IMG/VR virus record: IMGVR_UViG_3300032308_000833
Coordinates: 1 to 64,000 of that record
Origin: a virus
Reading direction: 5' to 3' (one strand)
Length of the DNA stretch: 64,000 nucleotides
The notes below the pieces were generated by a model. That model saw only the letters and a list, made by a program, of their open reading frames with translations. It was not told where the DNA came from and ran no database searches. Position 1 is the first letter of the stretch. Every line of letters starts with the position of its first letter. The position numbers and the translations under genes were made by a program. This document shows, one piece after another, positions 1-7,753 of this stretch.

Positions 1-287
1 GGAGGTTCTGGAGTTGTCTTACCCTCTAGTGCTTCCTGCATAGCCTCTAATGTATTTTTATTAGGACTAGTTCTCAATATATTTGAGTACTGTTCTAAAG
101 TCAAATCCATACCCTCTAAATCTACAGGTATCCAATGACTGTCTACTTCACCCTCTACTACCTTACAGCCCTCTGGCATAGGTTCTTCACCTGAACTCCA
201 ATAAGCGTCATAGGCTTTCTCTGCTGTTTCTAAATCAGGTGCAACGATATGGTACCAAGTACCTGATAATACATCAAACGTTGGCAT
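1..287 (-). CDS. Hypothetical early protein, truncated by window edge
   Basis: Manual translation from ATG 287 (MPTFDVLSGTWYHIVAPDLETAEKAY...) stays open to position 1; its start overlaps the upstream stop. Confidence 0.6.
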   Translation of the reverse strand, partial: MPTFDVLSGTWYHIVAPDLETAEKAYDAYWSSGEEPMPEGCKVVEGEVDSHWIPVDLEGMDLTLEQYSNILRTSPNKNTLEAMQEALEGKTTPEP

Positions 288-373
288 TAGTAACCTGCCT
301 TACATTCTGAGTTATGACCAACAGTGAAGTTGCAACCACATACCCAATGATGACAATTACATTTATTTAACAT
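287..373 (-). CDS. 28-aa Cys/His-rich microprotein
   Basis: Manual translation MLNKCNCHHWVCGCNFTVGHNSECKAGY; coupled to both neighbours; GAAGGA SD-like motif upstream. Confidence 0.45.
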   Translation of the reverse strand: MLNKCNCHHWVCGCNFTVGHNSECKAGY

Positions 374-518
374 TTTCTTCCTTTTCCATAATCATGTATG
401 CTAGTACTTCTAGGCTCATACAATGCTTACAACTACAGTTTACTATGTGACCCTCTACCTTGTCAAGCATATCTGTAAGTATTTTTTCCAAGGGTACATC
501 AAGATCAAAATCAAGCAT
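363..518 (-). CDS. Hypothetical microprotein with CxCxxC motif
   Basis: ORF track 363..557; start at 518 (MLDFDL) preferred because GAGGG precedes it and it overlaps the upstream stop. Confidence 0.55.
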   Translation of the reverse strand: MLDFDLDVPLEKILTDMLDKVEGHIVNCSCKHCMSLEVLAYMIMEKEENVK

Positions 519-651
519 AGTAACCCTCTCTAACATAATAAGAATAAGCCTGGGCAAATCTATTCCATTGTCTTACGCTATCACAGTTAGTACAATAAAA
601 CAAACCTGGAACATCTGAACATTCCCAATTACATTCTTGACATTTTGTCAT
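511..651 (-). CDS. 46-aa CxxC...CxxC zinc-finger-like microprotein
   Basis: Manual translation MTKCQECNWECSDVPGLFYCTNCDSVRQW...; AGGAG SD; lies directly downstream of a promoter. Confidence 0.6.
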   Translation of the reverse strand: MTKCQECNWECSDVPGLFYCTNCDSVRQWNRFAQAYSYYVREGYYA

Positions 652-671
652 CTTACTCCTTTTCCTATACC

Positions 672-700
672 AGTCTAACATTCTGGGAGGGGTTTGTCAA
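672..700 (-). promoter_or_regulatory. Sigma70-type early promoter TTGACA-N17-TAGACT
   Basis: Near-consensus hexamers, 17-nt spacer, TG extended -10. Confidence 0.7.
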
Positions 701-798
701 CGCTACGTAATAAATAATTAAAATGATATTTTCTAGCCGAGGGGGTTCTTTAACTGTTACGTAATGATCTTTTAAAATGATATTTTTATGCTCGGGCG
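685..798 (+). repeat. Degenerate tandem pair of the tripartite element (G-run / ACGTAA / GCYCGRGC)
   Basis: Two ~54-bp units sharing GGGG..TACGTAAT..AAAATGATATTTT; the second ends in GCTCGGGCG. Confidence 0.6.
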
Positions 799-808
799 TT
801 TTTCTTTG

Positions 809-882
809 CGATCCTGAACGGACTTGAACCGTCGACCTCTACCGTGACAGGGTAGCGTTCTAACCAACTGAACTACAGGACC
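809..882 (-). tRNA. tRNA-Asp (GTC)
   Basis: Reverse complement GGTCCTGTAGTTCAGTTGGTTAGAACGCTACCCTGTCACGGTAGAGGTCGACGGTTCAAGTCCGTTCAGGATCG folds as a cloverleaf; anticodon GTC; G73 discriminator; CCA not encoded. Confidence 0.95.
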
Positions 883-886
883 AGGT

Positions 887-914
887 GGACAGTTTCCTCA
901 GACATGTCCAGGTC
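887..914 (-). ncRNA. Small H-type pseudoknot motif, copy 1 of 3
   Basis: GAC-CU-GGAC-AU-GUC-ugagg-AAACU-GUCC; both stems covary across the three copies. Confidence 0.65.
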
Positions 915-939
915 AGTTGCCTTTTATTGGCAATTCTAA

Positions 940-1956
940 TTATGCAATCTGCATTACATCTTGCACAACTTTTAGCAAACGATTCTTTTCTGCGTTGATA
1001 GCAGGGTCAAATCCACTTGCACCAATTAGCATGTTCTCTGTGTTTTCACCACGAGCAGAACGATACCAATCTAGTCTTTCTGTCAGGGCATTGAAAGCAC
1101 CCCAAGCAGTACCAGCAATCATGTTATTGAACTCGCCAGTGTAAATGTCATTGAGTGAATCTATTTTATTAGTCCACTTAGTAACACTTGCCTTTTTATC
1201 CAATTCTGGTTTTGGATAAGCAGTTAGCAAAATATCGTTAAATTGTTTTGCTGTAACTTCTTGAGCAATCATAGCATGAGCCATTGTATCAAATGCGTCC
1301 ATGTATTTATTTGCAAGACCTAGAGTCTCTCTTGCAATTTGCACTTTACCATTAGCAGTTTGAGTGTGACGAATCTTGAATGATTGTTTGATACCATTCT
1401 TTTTACGAATACCACCTAGTGCAAGGTTTAGAGTATTAGCACACACAACACGAACAGGTGTTATGCTTGCTTGAATCGCTACTGAACCATCATGGCTTGT
1501 GTTGATTAGTAAGTAAGTCTTTACTTTATCAGCAACGCCATTAGGGTCTAAGATAGTTTCACGCTCTAATGCTAATGAGCCAAATACTACACGACCACCA
1601 CGAATTGAACCAGCAGTTTCCCAACGTCCACCACCGTCAAGAATGTTATCACCAAATGAGAATAATTCCTCATTCTGTAATGGAACATATCTTTCACCAA
1701 CTACGCCTAGCACGTCTGTCTGGGTTTGGTTAGTAGGGTTTGTTCTAACCACATAAGAATAATTCTTATCACAACTTAAGTGATTAGGGATATTCATTTC
1801 TTCTAGTCTAACATTCCAGTTATCTAGGTTTGCTGCTTGCAACATTTCTGTTGTGTTTTTTTCTTCTGTGAATACAGTGCCTAGTCCATGCCATGCTGGT
1901 TCACGGAATGAAGCGAATGACGCTGTACCATTTTGTTCTTCTAGTTCATGTGCCAT
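940..1956 (-). CDS. DUF932 / TIGR03299 phage-plasmid-like protein
   Basis: PAWHGLG, YVPLQNEELF, WETAGSIRGG, NTSHDGS, TPVRVVCANTL and IRHT motifs. Confidence 0.9.
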   Translation of the reverse strand: MAHELEEQNGTASFASFREPAWHGLGTVFTEEKNTTEMLQAANLDNWNVRLEEMNIPNHLSCDKNYSYVVRTNPTNQTQTDVLGVVGERYVPLQNEELFSFGDNILDGGGRWETAGSIRGGRVVFGSLALERETILDPNGVADKVKTYLLINTSHDGSVAIQASITPVRVVCANTLNLALGGIRKKNGIKQSFKIRHTQTANGKVQIARETLGLANKYMDAFDTMAHAMIAQEVTAKQFNDILLTAYPKPELDKKASVTKWTNKIDSLNDIYTGEFNNMIAGTAWGAFNALTERLDWYRSARGENTENMLIGASGFDPAINAEKNRLLKVVQDVMQIA

Positions 1957-1987
1957 TTATATCTCCTTATTTTGTTTGATTAACTTA

Positions 1988-2016
1988 ACTATACCATTTT
2001 GCTCTGACAATGTCAA
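1988..2016 (-). promoter_or_regulatory. Early promoter TTGACA-N17-TATAGT with TGTCAG in the spacer
   Basis: Consensus hexamers; TGTCAG-N10-TATAGT. Confidence 0.8.
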
Positions 2017-2020
2017 TTAA

Positions 2021-2075
2021 GGGGGGGTCTGGTGTTTCATCGTAACTAACAGGTTATCCACAGGCTGCTCGGGCG
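2021..2075 (+). repeat. Tripartite element containing a perfect DnaA box (TTATCCACA 2054-2062)
   Basis: G7 at 2021, CGTAA at 2041, GCTCGGGC at 2067. Confidence 0.7.
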
Positions 2076-2079
2076 TGAG

Positions 2080-2107
2080 GGCCAGTTTTAAAACGTAGCC
2101 AGGTTTT
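2080..2107 (-). ncRNA. Small pseudoknot motif, copy 2
   Basis: AAAAC-CU-GGCU-AC-GUUUU-a-AAACU-GGCC. Confidence 0.65.
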
Positions 2108-2208
2108 TTGATATCCCCTATCAAAATGATCGACGGTACCGCTGAATTCTAAGATCCACGCCATGGGCACTGGGCCACACATATACGTGCAGCCCATCCC
2201 CTTATTAA

Positions 2209-2391
2209 CTAAGCAGTAACTTTTACTGTTAGCAGTCTGTATTCGTTGAATGGTGTACGAATAGCAACACGAGTTAGGTCAGGACGAAGAGGTGTGATTT
2301 TTTCAATCTGTCCAACTACGCCTGCTTTGTTACTAGTGTACCAATCGCCTATCTTGTACATTCTTGCTTTTGGCTTTGTTGCTTTTTTCAT
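2209..2391 (-). CDS. Small basic beta-rich (SH3-like) hypothetical protein; paralog of 3547-3714
   Basis: YKIGDWYTSNKAGVVGQIEKI aligns with FKVGDKFVTQKSKAEGIITEL; start moved to ATG 2391 after AAAGGAAA. Confidence 0.65.
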   Translation of the reverse strand: MKKATKPKARMYKIGDWYTSNKAGVVGQIEKITPLRPDLTRVAIRTPFNEYRLLTVKVTA

Positions 2392-2420
2392 TCTTTTCCT
2401 TTTGTTGTAGGGGTATTGCA

Positions 2421-2861
2421 TTACCAACTAGAATGGTATCTAAGTTCCCATTCTGCTGGTACATCTTTTAGTATTGACTCAAGTTGGTCAATAGTGTCTT
2501 GAATATCGCTAAAGTAGTATTCGTTGTATTCATAGTTACCAAAGAAGAATCCCTCTTGAACAGGCAACAGGTTGGGTGCCTCTTCTTTATTCATTAAAAC
2601 TATCTTGCAATTATCTAACAATAACTGTAGTTGGTCTCGTGACACATAGTACTCTTCGCAGTCGTCTACTCCACCTTGAACATGCTTTACGAACCATGCG
2701 TGAATATGATTTGCTTTTCTCCAATAGGCTACCTGCACTTCTAGCGTTGCAAAATCTTTAACGGCAAAAGGTGCTTCTTGAATTAGTTTGTTAAATAGTT
2801 CAGGTTTGGCAAATTGTCTAGCAGTAAATTGTCTGGCATTCAGATACATATCTAAGCCCAT
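2421..2861 (-). CDS. Conserved phage hypothetical protein (MGLDMY...YWRKANHIH...YHSSW type)
   Basis: Motif set recalled from widespread phage hypothetical proteins; AAGGA SD. Confidence 0.8.
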   Translation of the reverse strand: MGLDMYLNARQFTARQFAKPELFNKLIQEAPFAVKDFATLEVQVAYWRKANHIHAWFVKHVQGGVDDCEEYYVSRDQLQLLLDNCKIVLMNKEEAPNLLPVQEGFFFGNYEYNEYYFSDIQDTIDQLESILKDVPAEWELRYHSSW

Positions 2862-2888
2862 TTATTTTCCTTAAGTAGTAGGGTGTGT

Positions 2889-2917
2889 GAGCAGTTTATA
2901 ACACATACTCAGGTGTT
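2889..2917 (-). ncRNA. Small pseudoknot motif, copy 3
   Basis: AACAC-CU-GAGU-AU-GUGUU-au-AAACU-GCUC. Confidence 0.65.
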
Positions 2918-3015
2918 GTCAAGTGTGACATGCTACTCATTTCGCAGAGGTCACACCTAACCTTTGGCTACCATGTATATGGAACTAATATCCATGTGTA
3001 TGGTTCTTGCCAAAT

Positions 3016-3474
3016 CTATAAGTATCGACTCACAGATTGGTATGTAGAGGTTGAAACTACTTCCTCATCTGACATACTTAGAACACGAATTGCATTTTGG
3101 ATTTCTGCAAGTCTGTCCTCGAAGCCACCAATATAGTTGCGACCATATCCACTCGTTTGGAAAGGATTTTTTGGTGACTCTGGTTCTGCTGGTATTTTAT
3201 CTTTTGGAACTTCTACTTCAACATCAACTCTGATATTGTCGTCATTGTGCCAAGCATTTCTAACAGAAATAGTCTTTTGCTTATCTTTTACTGAGTCAAG
3301 ATGAGCATAAGCAATCTGGGCTACTTTACTTTTCCACTCAGCGTAGTCTGACTCAAACTTAGCGTATGCTAAATCGAAGTTCATTTGTTGGTTTTTCATT
3401 TCTTCTACTTTTACTTCTAATGCTTTGATAACCTTAGTTCTGGCTACCTTAACATTTATCGCTTTACCTGCCAT
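3016..3474 (-). CDS. Hypothetical early protein, helical/coiled-coil
   Basis: 152-aa ORF with AAAGGAAA SD. Confidence 0.75.
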   Translation of the reverse strand: MAGKAINVKVARTKVIKALEVKVEEMKNQQMNFDLAYAKFESDYAEWKSKVAQIAYAHLDSVKDKQKTISVRNAWHNDDNIRVDVEVEVPKDKIPAEPESPKNPFQTSGYGRNYIGGFEDRLAEIQNAIRVLSMSDEEVVSTSTYQSVSRYL

Positions 3475-3546
3475 TTGTCTTTTCCTTTGTTTTGTAGGGG
3501 GATACTGCTAATGAAAGGGGACAGGGTTGCCCCCTCTCAATCTTAT

Positions 3547-3714
3547 TTATTTCTTTGCTGTCCAAGTAGTATATCGTGTTTGACCATTAACATCAAGTTT
3601 TACACGGATATTGCCATTTGGTTGTGGAATTAACTCTGTAATAATTCCTTCTGCTTTTGACTTTTGTGTAACGAACTTGTCGCCCACCTTAAAATCTGCA
3701 ACTGCTACTGACAT
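3547..3714 (-). CDS. 55-aa SH3-like hypothetical protein, missed by the ORF track
   Basis: MSVAVADFKVGDKFVTQKSKAEGIITELIPQPNGNIRVKLDVNGQTRYTTWTAKK; AAGGAG SD and its own promoter. Confidence 0.75.
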   Translation of the reverse strand: MSVAVADFKVGDKFVTQKSKAEGIITELIPQPNGNIRVKLDVNGQTRYTTWTAKK

Positions 3715-3742
3715 ATTTGCTCCTTAATTGTTGTTGTATCTA

Positions 3743-3771
3743 ATACTAACATTTTTATCTGACATTTGCAA
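3743..3771 (-). promoter_or_regulatory. Early promoter TTGCAA-N17-TAGTAT with TGTCAG
   Basis: TGTCAG-N10-TAGTAT, TG extended -10. Confidence 0.7.
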
Positions 3772-3792
3772 GTGATATTATGATATTTTTTT

Positions 3793-3808
3793 TGTGATAC
3801 ATCTCACA
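3793..3808. promoter_or_regulatory. CRP/GlxR-type box TGTGA-N6-TCACA
   Basis: TGTGATACATCTCACA, exact core match, upstream of an early promoter. Confidence 0.6.
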
Positions 3809-3810
3809 CA

Positions 3811-3867
3811 GGGGGGGGTTGACAAGCACCTTAATAATGTGATAGGATACGCCTTTGCTGCTCGGGC
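3811..3867 (+). repeat. Tripartite element variant carrying a promoter-like TTGACA-N18-TAGGAT
   Basis: G8 at 3811, GCTCGGGC at 3860; central motif degenerate (ACCTTAA). Confidence 0.6.
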
Positions 3868-3934
3868 AGCCCTTTAGCAGATCACTGAACCAGGAATAAA
3901 CAAAATAAACACCAAGCAACAAAATAAACTAATT

Positions 3935-4657
3935 TCATTTTTTAGTTGCACTGAACAAAATATTATTCCTTCCAACTACACATTGACTACATTTTACACA
4001 TGCAGAGCCACCTTTGTCAATAAGAGGAATTTTCTTATTATTTTCAGGACATGGAACACCCTTTGCATTAACTAAGTTAAGTAGTTGTTCCTTACCCATT
4101 GCGAATGTATCTGCAAGATATGCTAATTTAATTCCATGCTCAACGGATAATACTTTAGCATTATCTGTATTTTCACTATCTGTAGAATAATATAAACTTA
4201 GATTAGGTAAGTCTTTTAGAATTAAAGCAGCAGACTTTACTCTTGTATATACCCAAAATTTTATGTCAGGTTGTTCCTCAATAACTGAACGCCATGCGTG
4301 TGTGTATTCCTCATTAAAAAAATCGCCATCCCAGTGAATACGAAATAACATTTCAGCATTACGCTTAACACAATCTTTTTTGAAATCTGCTACCATGTCT
4401 GACAATAAATCGAACATAGTTATTCTATCAGCGTCTTTAAGTAATTCCCAATTATGCAATAGATTAGCCTTGACAGCCTTGTATAATTTTTCTAGTTTTC
4501 CTGCATAACATACTTTCTCACATATGGATGTAGCACTAGGGCATGAATAATTTTTTCCTGCAGGTAGACCAAATGTATTTTGAATTAAACTACCATTGCC
4601 TGCATTATTAACTAGGTTAGTAACTTTTCTATCGTGTGAGCGTTTTAACTTATTCAT
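3935..4657 (-). CDS. Gp88-like Cys-rich protein (possible Fe-S / radical-SAM-like fold)
   Basis: NTFGLPAG..SCPSATSICEKVCYAGK, FRIHWDGDF, FWVYTR and C-terminal CPE..CxxCxxC; start MNKLKRS after AAGGA. Confidence 0.75.
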   Translation of the reverse strand: MNKLKRSHDRKVTNLVNNAGNGSLIQNTFGLPAGKNYSCPSATSICEKVCYAGKLEKLYKAVKANLLHNWELLKDADRITMFDLLSDMVADFKKDCVKRNAEMLFRIHWDGDFFNEEYTHAWRSVIEEQPDIKFWVYTRVKSAALILKDLPNLSLYYSTDSENTDNAKVLSVEHGIKLAYLADTFAMGKEQLLNLVNAKGVPCPENNKKIPLIDKGGSACVKCSQCVVGRNNILFSATKK

Positions 4658-4793
4658 TTTCTTTTCCTTTGTGTTTATTTTTTCTTGAATACTTTTTTTT
4701 ATTAGGCATAGGGGTACTAGCACCAGACCTACGCAATTCTTGGATACGCCTAATCTGCTCTTTAGGTTTTTGGAAATAATTGAACATAGAATA

Positions 4794-4822
4794 AATATAT
4801 CATATTAGACTGACAGGGTCAA
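4794..4822 (-). promoter_or_regulatory. Early promoter TTGACC-N17-TATATT with TGTCAG
   Basis: TGTCAG-N10-TATATT. Confidence 0.7.
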
Positions 4823-4825
4823 GCA

Positions 4826-4882
4826 GGGGGGATCCAGTGTGTCGTACGTAAACCTGTGGATAAGTTGTGGATGGCTCGGGCG
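4826..4882 (+). repeat. Tripartite element with DnaA box (TGTGGATAA 4855-4863)
   Basis: G6 at 4826, GTCGTACGTAA at 4841, GCTCGGGC at 4874. Confidence 0.7.
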
Positions 4883-4889
4883 TGGATCC

Positions 4890-5141
4890 TCAGTCGTTGC
4901 CAACAAAAACAAATAAATTAAATCTGGTTTCGTTATCTGTTTCAATAAAATCTTCTTCACCAAATTCATTTAGTGTTGTTATCTTGTAACCTGTTTCAGT
5001 ATCTTCTACTGACACAATCGTTAGCAAATCATTTTCTATTTTGATTATGTCATTAGGCATAAGTTGGTCAGGGTATAAAATATCAGCGTGTACTAGTTCC
5101 ATGCTTTTTATTTTAGCAGACATTTTACAATTCCTTATCAT
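4890..5141 (-). CDS. Hypothetical protein
   Basis: ORF track; start uncertain. Confidence 0.6.
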   Translation of the reverse strand: MIRNCKMSAKIKSMELVHADILYPDQLMPNDIIKIENDLLTIVSVEDTETGYKITTLNEFGEEDFIETDNETRFNLFVFVGND

Positions 5142-5201
5142 ATCTATTTAAGTAGATTACCAGCATATACAAAACTATACCAATGAGGGTTATTTTTAGC
5201 A

Positions 5202-5468
5202 TTAGTCGTTCCCCCATTTGGTAGTTGCTAGTTCAATTAGTGTCTGGTTTTCTATATCGTTTAAGAATAGCATTTGCAGGTTGATTAGGAAATTATGTCT
5301 GGCTTCCCTGTTATCTGCTAGTTGTGCCCACATTTCATCAGACTCAACAAACTTTCTCAATGTATTAACTATAAAGGTTTTTTCCTCTGCTAGTTCATCT
5401 ATTAAGTCTTGTGTTATATCTTTATCAAATACTTCATCAACCATTTTATGTATTGGTTTTTTAGGCAT
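5202..5468 (-). CDS. Hypothetical protein
   Basis: ORF track; AAAGG SD; coupled to the upstream ORF. Confidence 0.65.
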   Translation of the reverse strand: MPKKPIHKMVDEVFDKDITQDLIDELAEEKTFIVNTLRKFVESDEMWAQLADNREARHNFLINLQMLFLNDIENQTLIELATTKWGND

Positions 5469-5892
5469 ATCTAACCTTTCTGTTTCCGTGTCCTACGTTG
5501 GGTATCCAACTATGTCTCCTAGCATATGCTATCCTATCTCTAATTGTCAAGGGCTTTGCATTATGTATTAAGCCTAATAAACTTTGATAGTCTAATATCC
5601 CTAGATTCTTTATATTTATATAATCAAGGGTAGTGGTTCTGTTTTTACCTATGCCCTCAAAAAATTCGGGGTGGTTATTGGAAATATAATTTTTATAGTA
5701 TACGAATACACTAATTAAATCATCTTGAGTTATATTTATATCCAATAAGCCACTATAATTTTGTACACCTACTAATTTTATATTAAAAGACTTTTGCCAA
5801 TCTTCAGACATTTCATTAGTAGCAAAGGTAATTATATCTCCATTATCCTTTTCCAATATAACTAAATCATATTCCATAGATATATTAGGCAT
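5461..5892 (-). CDS. Hypothetical protein, very AT-rich
   Basis: ORF track; overlaps both neighbours by 8 nt. Confidence 0.6.
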   Translation of the reverse strand: MPNISMEYDLVILEKDNGDIITFATNEMSEDWQKSFNIKLVGVQNYSGLLDINITQDDLISVFVYYKNYISNNHPEFFEGIGKNRTTTLDYINIKNLGILDYQSLLGLIHNAKPLTIRDRIAYARRHSWIPNVGHGNRKVRYA

Positions 5893-7156
5893 TTGTCACC
5901 AACTCTTGATACTTGAAACATAGTTCTATTGCTTCTTCTGGTGAATTAACTTTATTTATTTCTTCGCTAAAGGCGTCTTCTAGTTTAGAATTTCCTTTTA
6001 GTATTGTATAAGTCTCTGCCATTAAAAATCTTGGGTCAGACATTAGCGTTCTCCTTTTCATATTTTAGTATTACATTTATTGTTTTACTCATCTTAGTAC
6101 AATGCTCTGACAAACGCAATAGTTGTTCTTCTGTGCCGTCAGTAATAGTTGAGTATCGTGCTATCTCATCTATATAAGTCTGTGCAGATAGTATTTTATC
6201 TTTTGCTGTTTTTAAGTAATCGTGCCAATGTGGTTCCATTATTGCTCCTCTTCGCAAGGTGGACACAATACGCTGTTGTCAGGATAAATATGTCCTCCGT
6301 CTTCGTCATAGTTTATATTAGTTTTACAAATATCGCAAGTAGCCATTAGTTAGTAACCCAACCCTCTTGTTCTAGTTGTTCTCTTTTAAGTAAGTGAGAC
6401 TCTGCTAATTTTCTAGCCAAGTCCCATGCACCATCACAACGCCAACTTTTTATCATTTCGCCGTCAAGGATTACACTAGCATATTTTCCATCCTTACTTT
6501 CCATAGTCCACAAATTGACATCATAGAATTTTTGCATGTCACCAAATTGTGTTGTCTCTCCTGCCCACCATAGTTGTGTTGAATTATGCATGTAACGCCT
6601 CCCAATCATTTCTTTCCATTATTTTTTTTATCTTAGCATAGTATGCAGGGTGGTCTTTCCTTGAGTAGCAAGTGTCGCACACATGTTGTTGTGGATACTT
6701 TTCATTTTCGCATAGTTCGCAATTAGACATTTGTTACCCCTAACCATATTTCGCTTATTTTGTTATCTTTTAATTCATAGTCTATACCACATGACAGACA
6801 TAGAAACCAATCTTTATCTATATCTTTTGTTGTGCCATAGTCGTCACAGAATAAACATTTGATACCTTTCACTTATTCCAACCTTTCATTTTAATTAACT
6901 TATCTAATTGTTCAATAGTCACTATTGCTTTTAGTGTACCAAGTAATGCATAGTCAGCCATTATGCTGTCATTGTATTCTGCATTTAATTCGCTATGAAT
7001 TAAATCTATCTTATCCATTTTATTCATTTATTTATTTCCTTTCATTTCTGAAATCATTGCTAATGTAATTTCTAATCTTACAATATCAGAAGCCTCTGAC
7101 ATTTCTGTAACGGACACGCCGTCATTATCTATATCTACTATTTCTATAAAACCCAT
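5885..7156 (-). other. Operon of about eight translationally coupled microprotein genes (5885-6022, 6036-6239, 6239-6346, 6346-6591, 6584-6730, 6723-6872, 6869-7027, 7028-7156)
   Basis: Manual translation; stop/start overlaps and SD motifs; three products have paired CxxC motifs. Confidence 0.65.
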
Positions 7157-7187
7157 TTTTATATCCTAACTTTTATCTTATGCTTTC

Positions 7188-7209
7188 AGCCTACCACAGG
7201 GGTCTGACA
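7188..7209 (-). promoter_or_regulatory. Early promoter TGTCAG-N10-TAGGCT (leftward)
   Basis: Same geometry as the other early promoters; heads the microprotein operon. Confidence 0.65.
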
Positions 7210-7213
7210 AATT

Positions 7214-7273
7214 GGGGGAGGGGGGGTCGGCGTGTCGTACGTAAATAAACAAAATGTCCGATTTTGCCCGAGC
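7214..7273 (+). repeat. Tripartite element between the divergent promoters; terminal 8-mer inverted (GCCCGAGC)
   Basis: G-run ending 7226, GTCGTACGTAA, GCCCGAGC at 7266. Confidence 0.7.
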
Positions 7274-7289
7274 GTGTCGAGTGGCTTTT

Positions 7290-7311
7290 TGTCAGGGGTA
7301 TATGATAAGGT
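7290..7311 (+). promoter_or_regulatory. Early promoter TGTCAG-N10-TAAGGT (rightward)
   Basis: Same geometry; TG extended -10. Confidence 0.6.
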
Positions 7312-7341
7312 AAAAATAACTACAAACAAAGGAAATAAAAA

Positions 7342-7536
7342 ATGATGACTAGACAACACTTCGAAAAAGTTGCTTCTTTACTAAAAGAATTTAAGGATGA
7401 AATTCCTCAAACTACTTTTGAAGAAATCGTTATGGAATTTGGTGATTTGTTTTTGGCTGAAAATGAAAGATTCAATGATGCTAAATTTCAAGAGGCTTGT
7501 GGAATTACCTGGCCTACTTTCGTTAGATTAAATTAA
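7342..7536 (+). CDS. Small phage hypothetical protein (MTRQHF...N.RFN..KF..ACG type)
   Basis: ORF track; AAAGGAAA SD; own promoter. Confidence 0.75.
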   Translation: MMTRQHFEKVASLLKEFKDEIPQTTFEEIVMEFGDLFLAENERFNDAKFQEACGITWPTFVRLN

Positions 7537-7555
7537 TCTGCCTTGCCCCCTGAGA

Positions 7556-7612
7556 GGGGGGTACTCACTGTCGTACGTAAAGGGTAGGCTATGATCAGCG
7601 AGGGCTCGGGCG
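7556..7612 (+). repeat. Tripartite element
   Basis: G6 at 7556, GTCGTACGTAA at 7570, GCTCGGGC at 7604. Confidence 0.7.
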
Positions 7613-7677
7613 AATCCACAGGATATCCACAGGTGTGGATAACTTTATTCACATTACGGCGTGTTGCCTGTTGATAA
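7612..7677. promoter_or_regulatory. Cluster of five DnaA-box-like 9-mers
   Basis: GAATCCACA 7612, ATATCCACA 7623, TGTGGATAA 7634, TTATTCACA 7645, TGTTGATAA 7669. Confidence 0.7.
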
Positions 7678-7731
7678 CCCTAAATTAGTTCATCTACAAT
7701 TAACCTTACGTTCATCTAAAAGGGTCGAAAA

Positions 7732-7753
7732 TGTCAGACCCCCCCTATATAGT
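7732..7753 (+). promoter_or_regulatory. Early promoter TGTCAG-N10-TATAGT
   Basis: CGAAAATGTCAGACCCCCCCTATAT is repeated exactly ahead of the 8179 promoter. Confidence 0.7.

Noticed and set aside
887-914. Hammerhead or theta (HDV-like) ribozyme beside the tRNA
   Set aside because: The CUGA..GAAA resemblance occurs in one copy only and lacks stem II; theta ribozymes lie 3' of tRNAs whereas this lies 5'
7214-7226. G-runs as FtsK KOPS sites or G-quadruplexes
   Set aside because: GGGNAGGG fits only this copy, and the other runs are single tracts insufficient for an intramolecular G4
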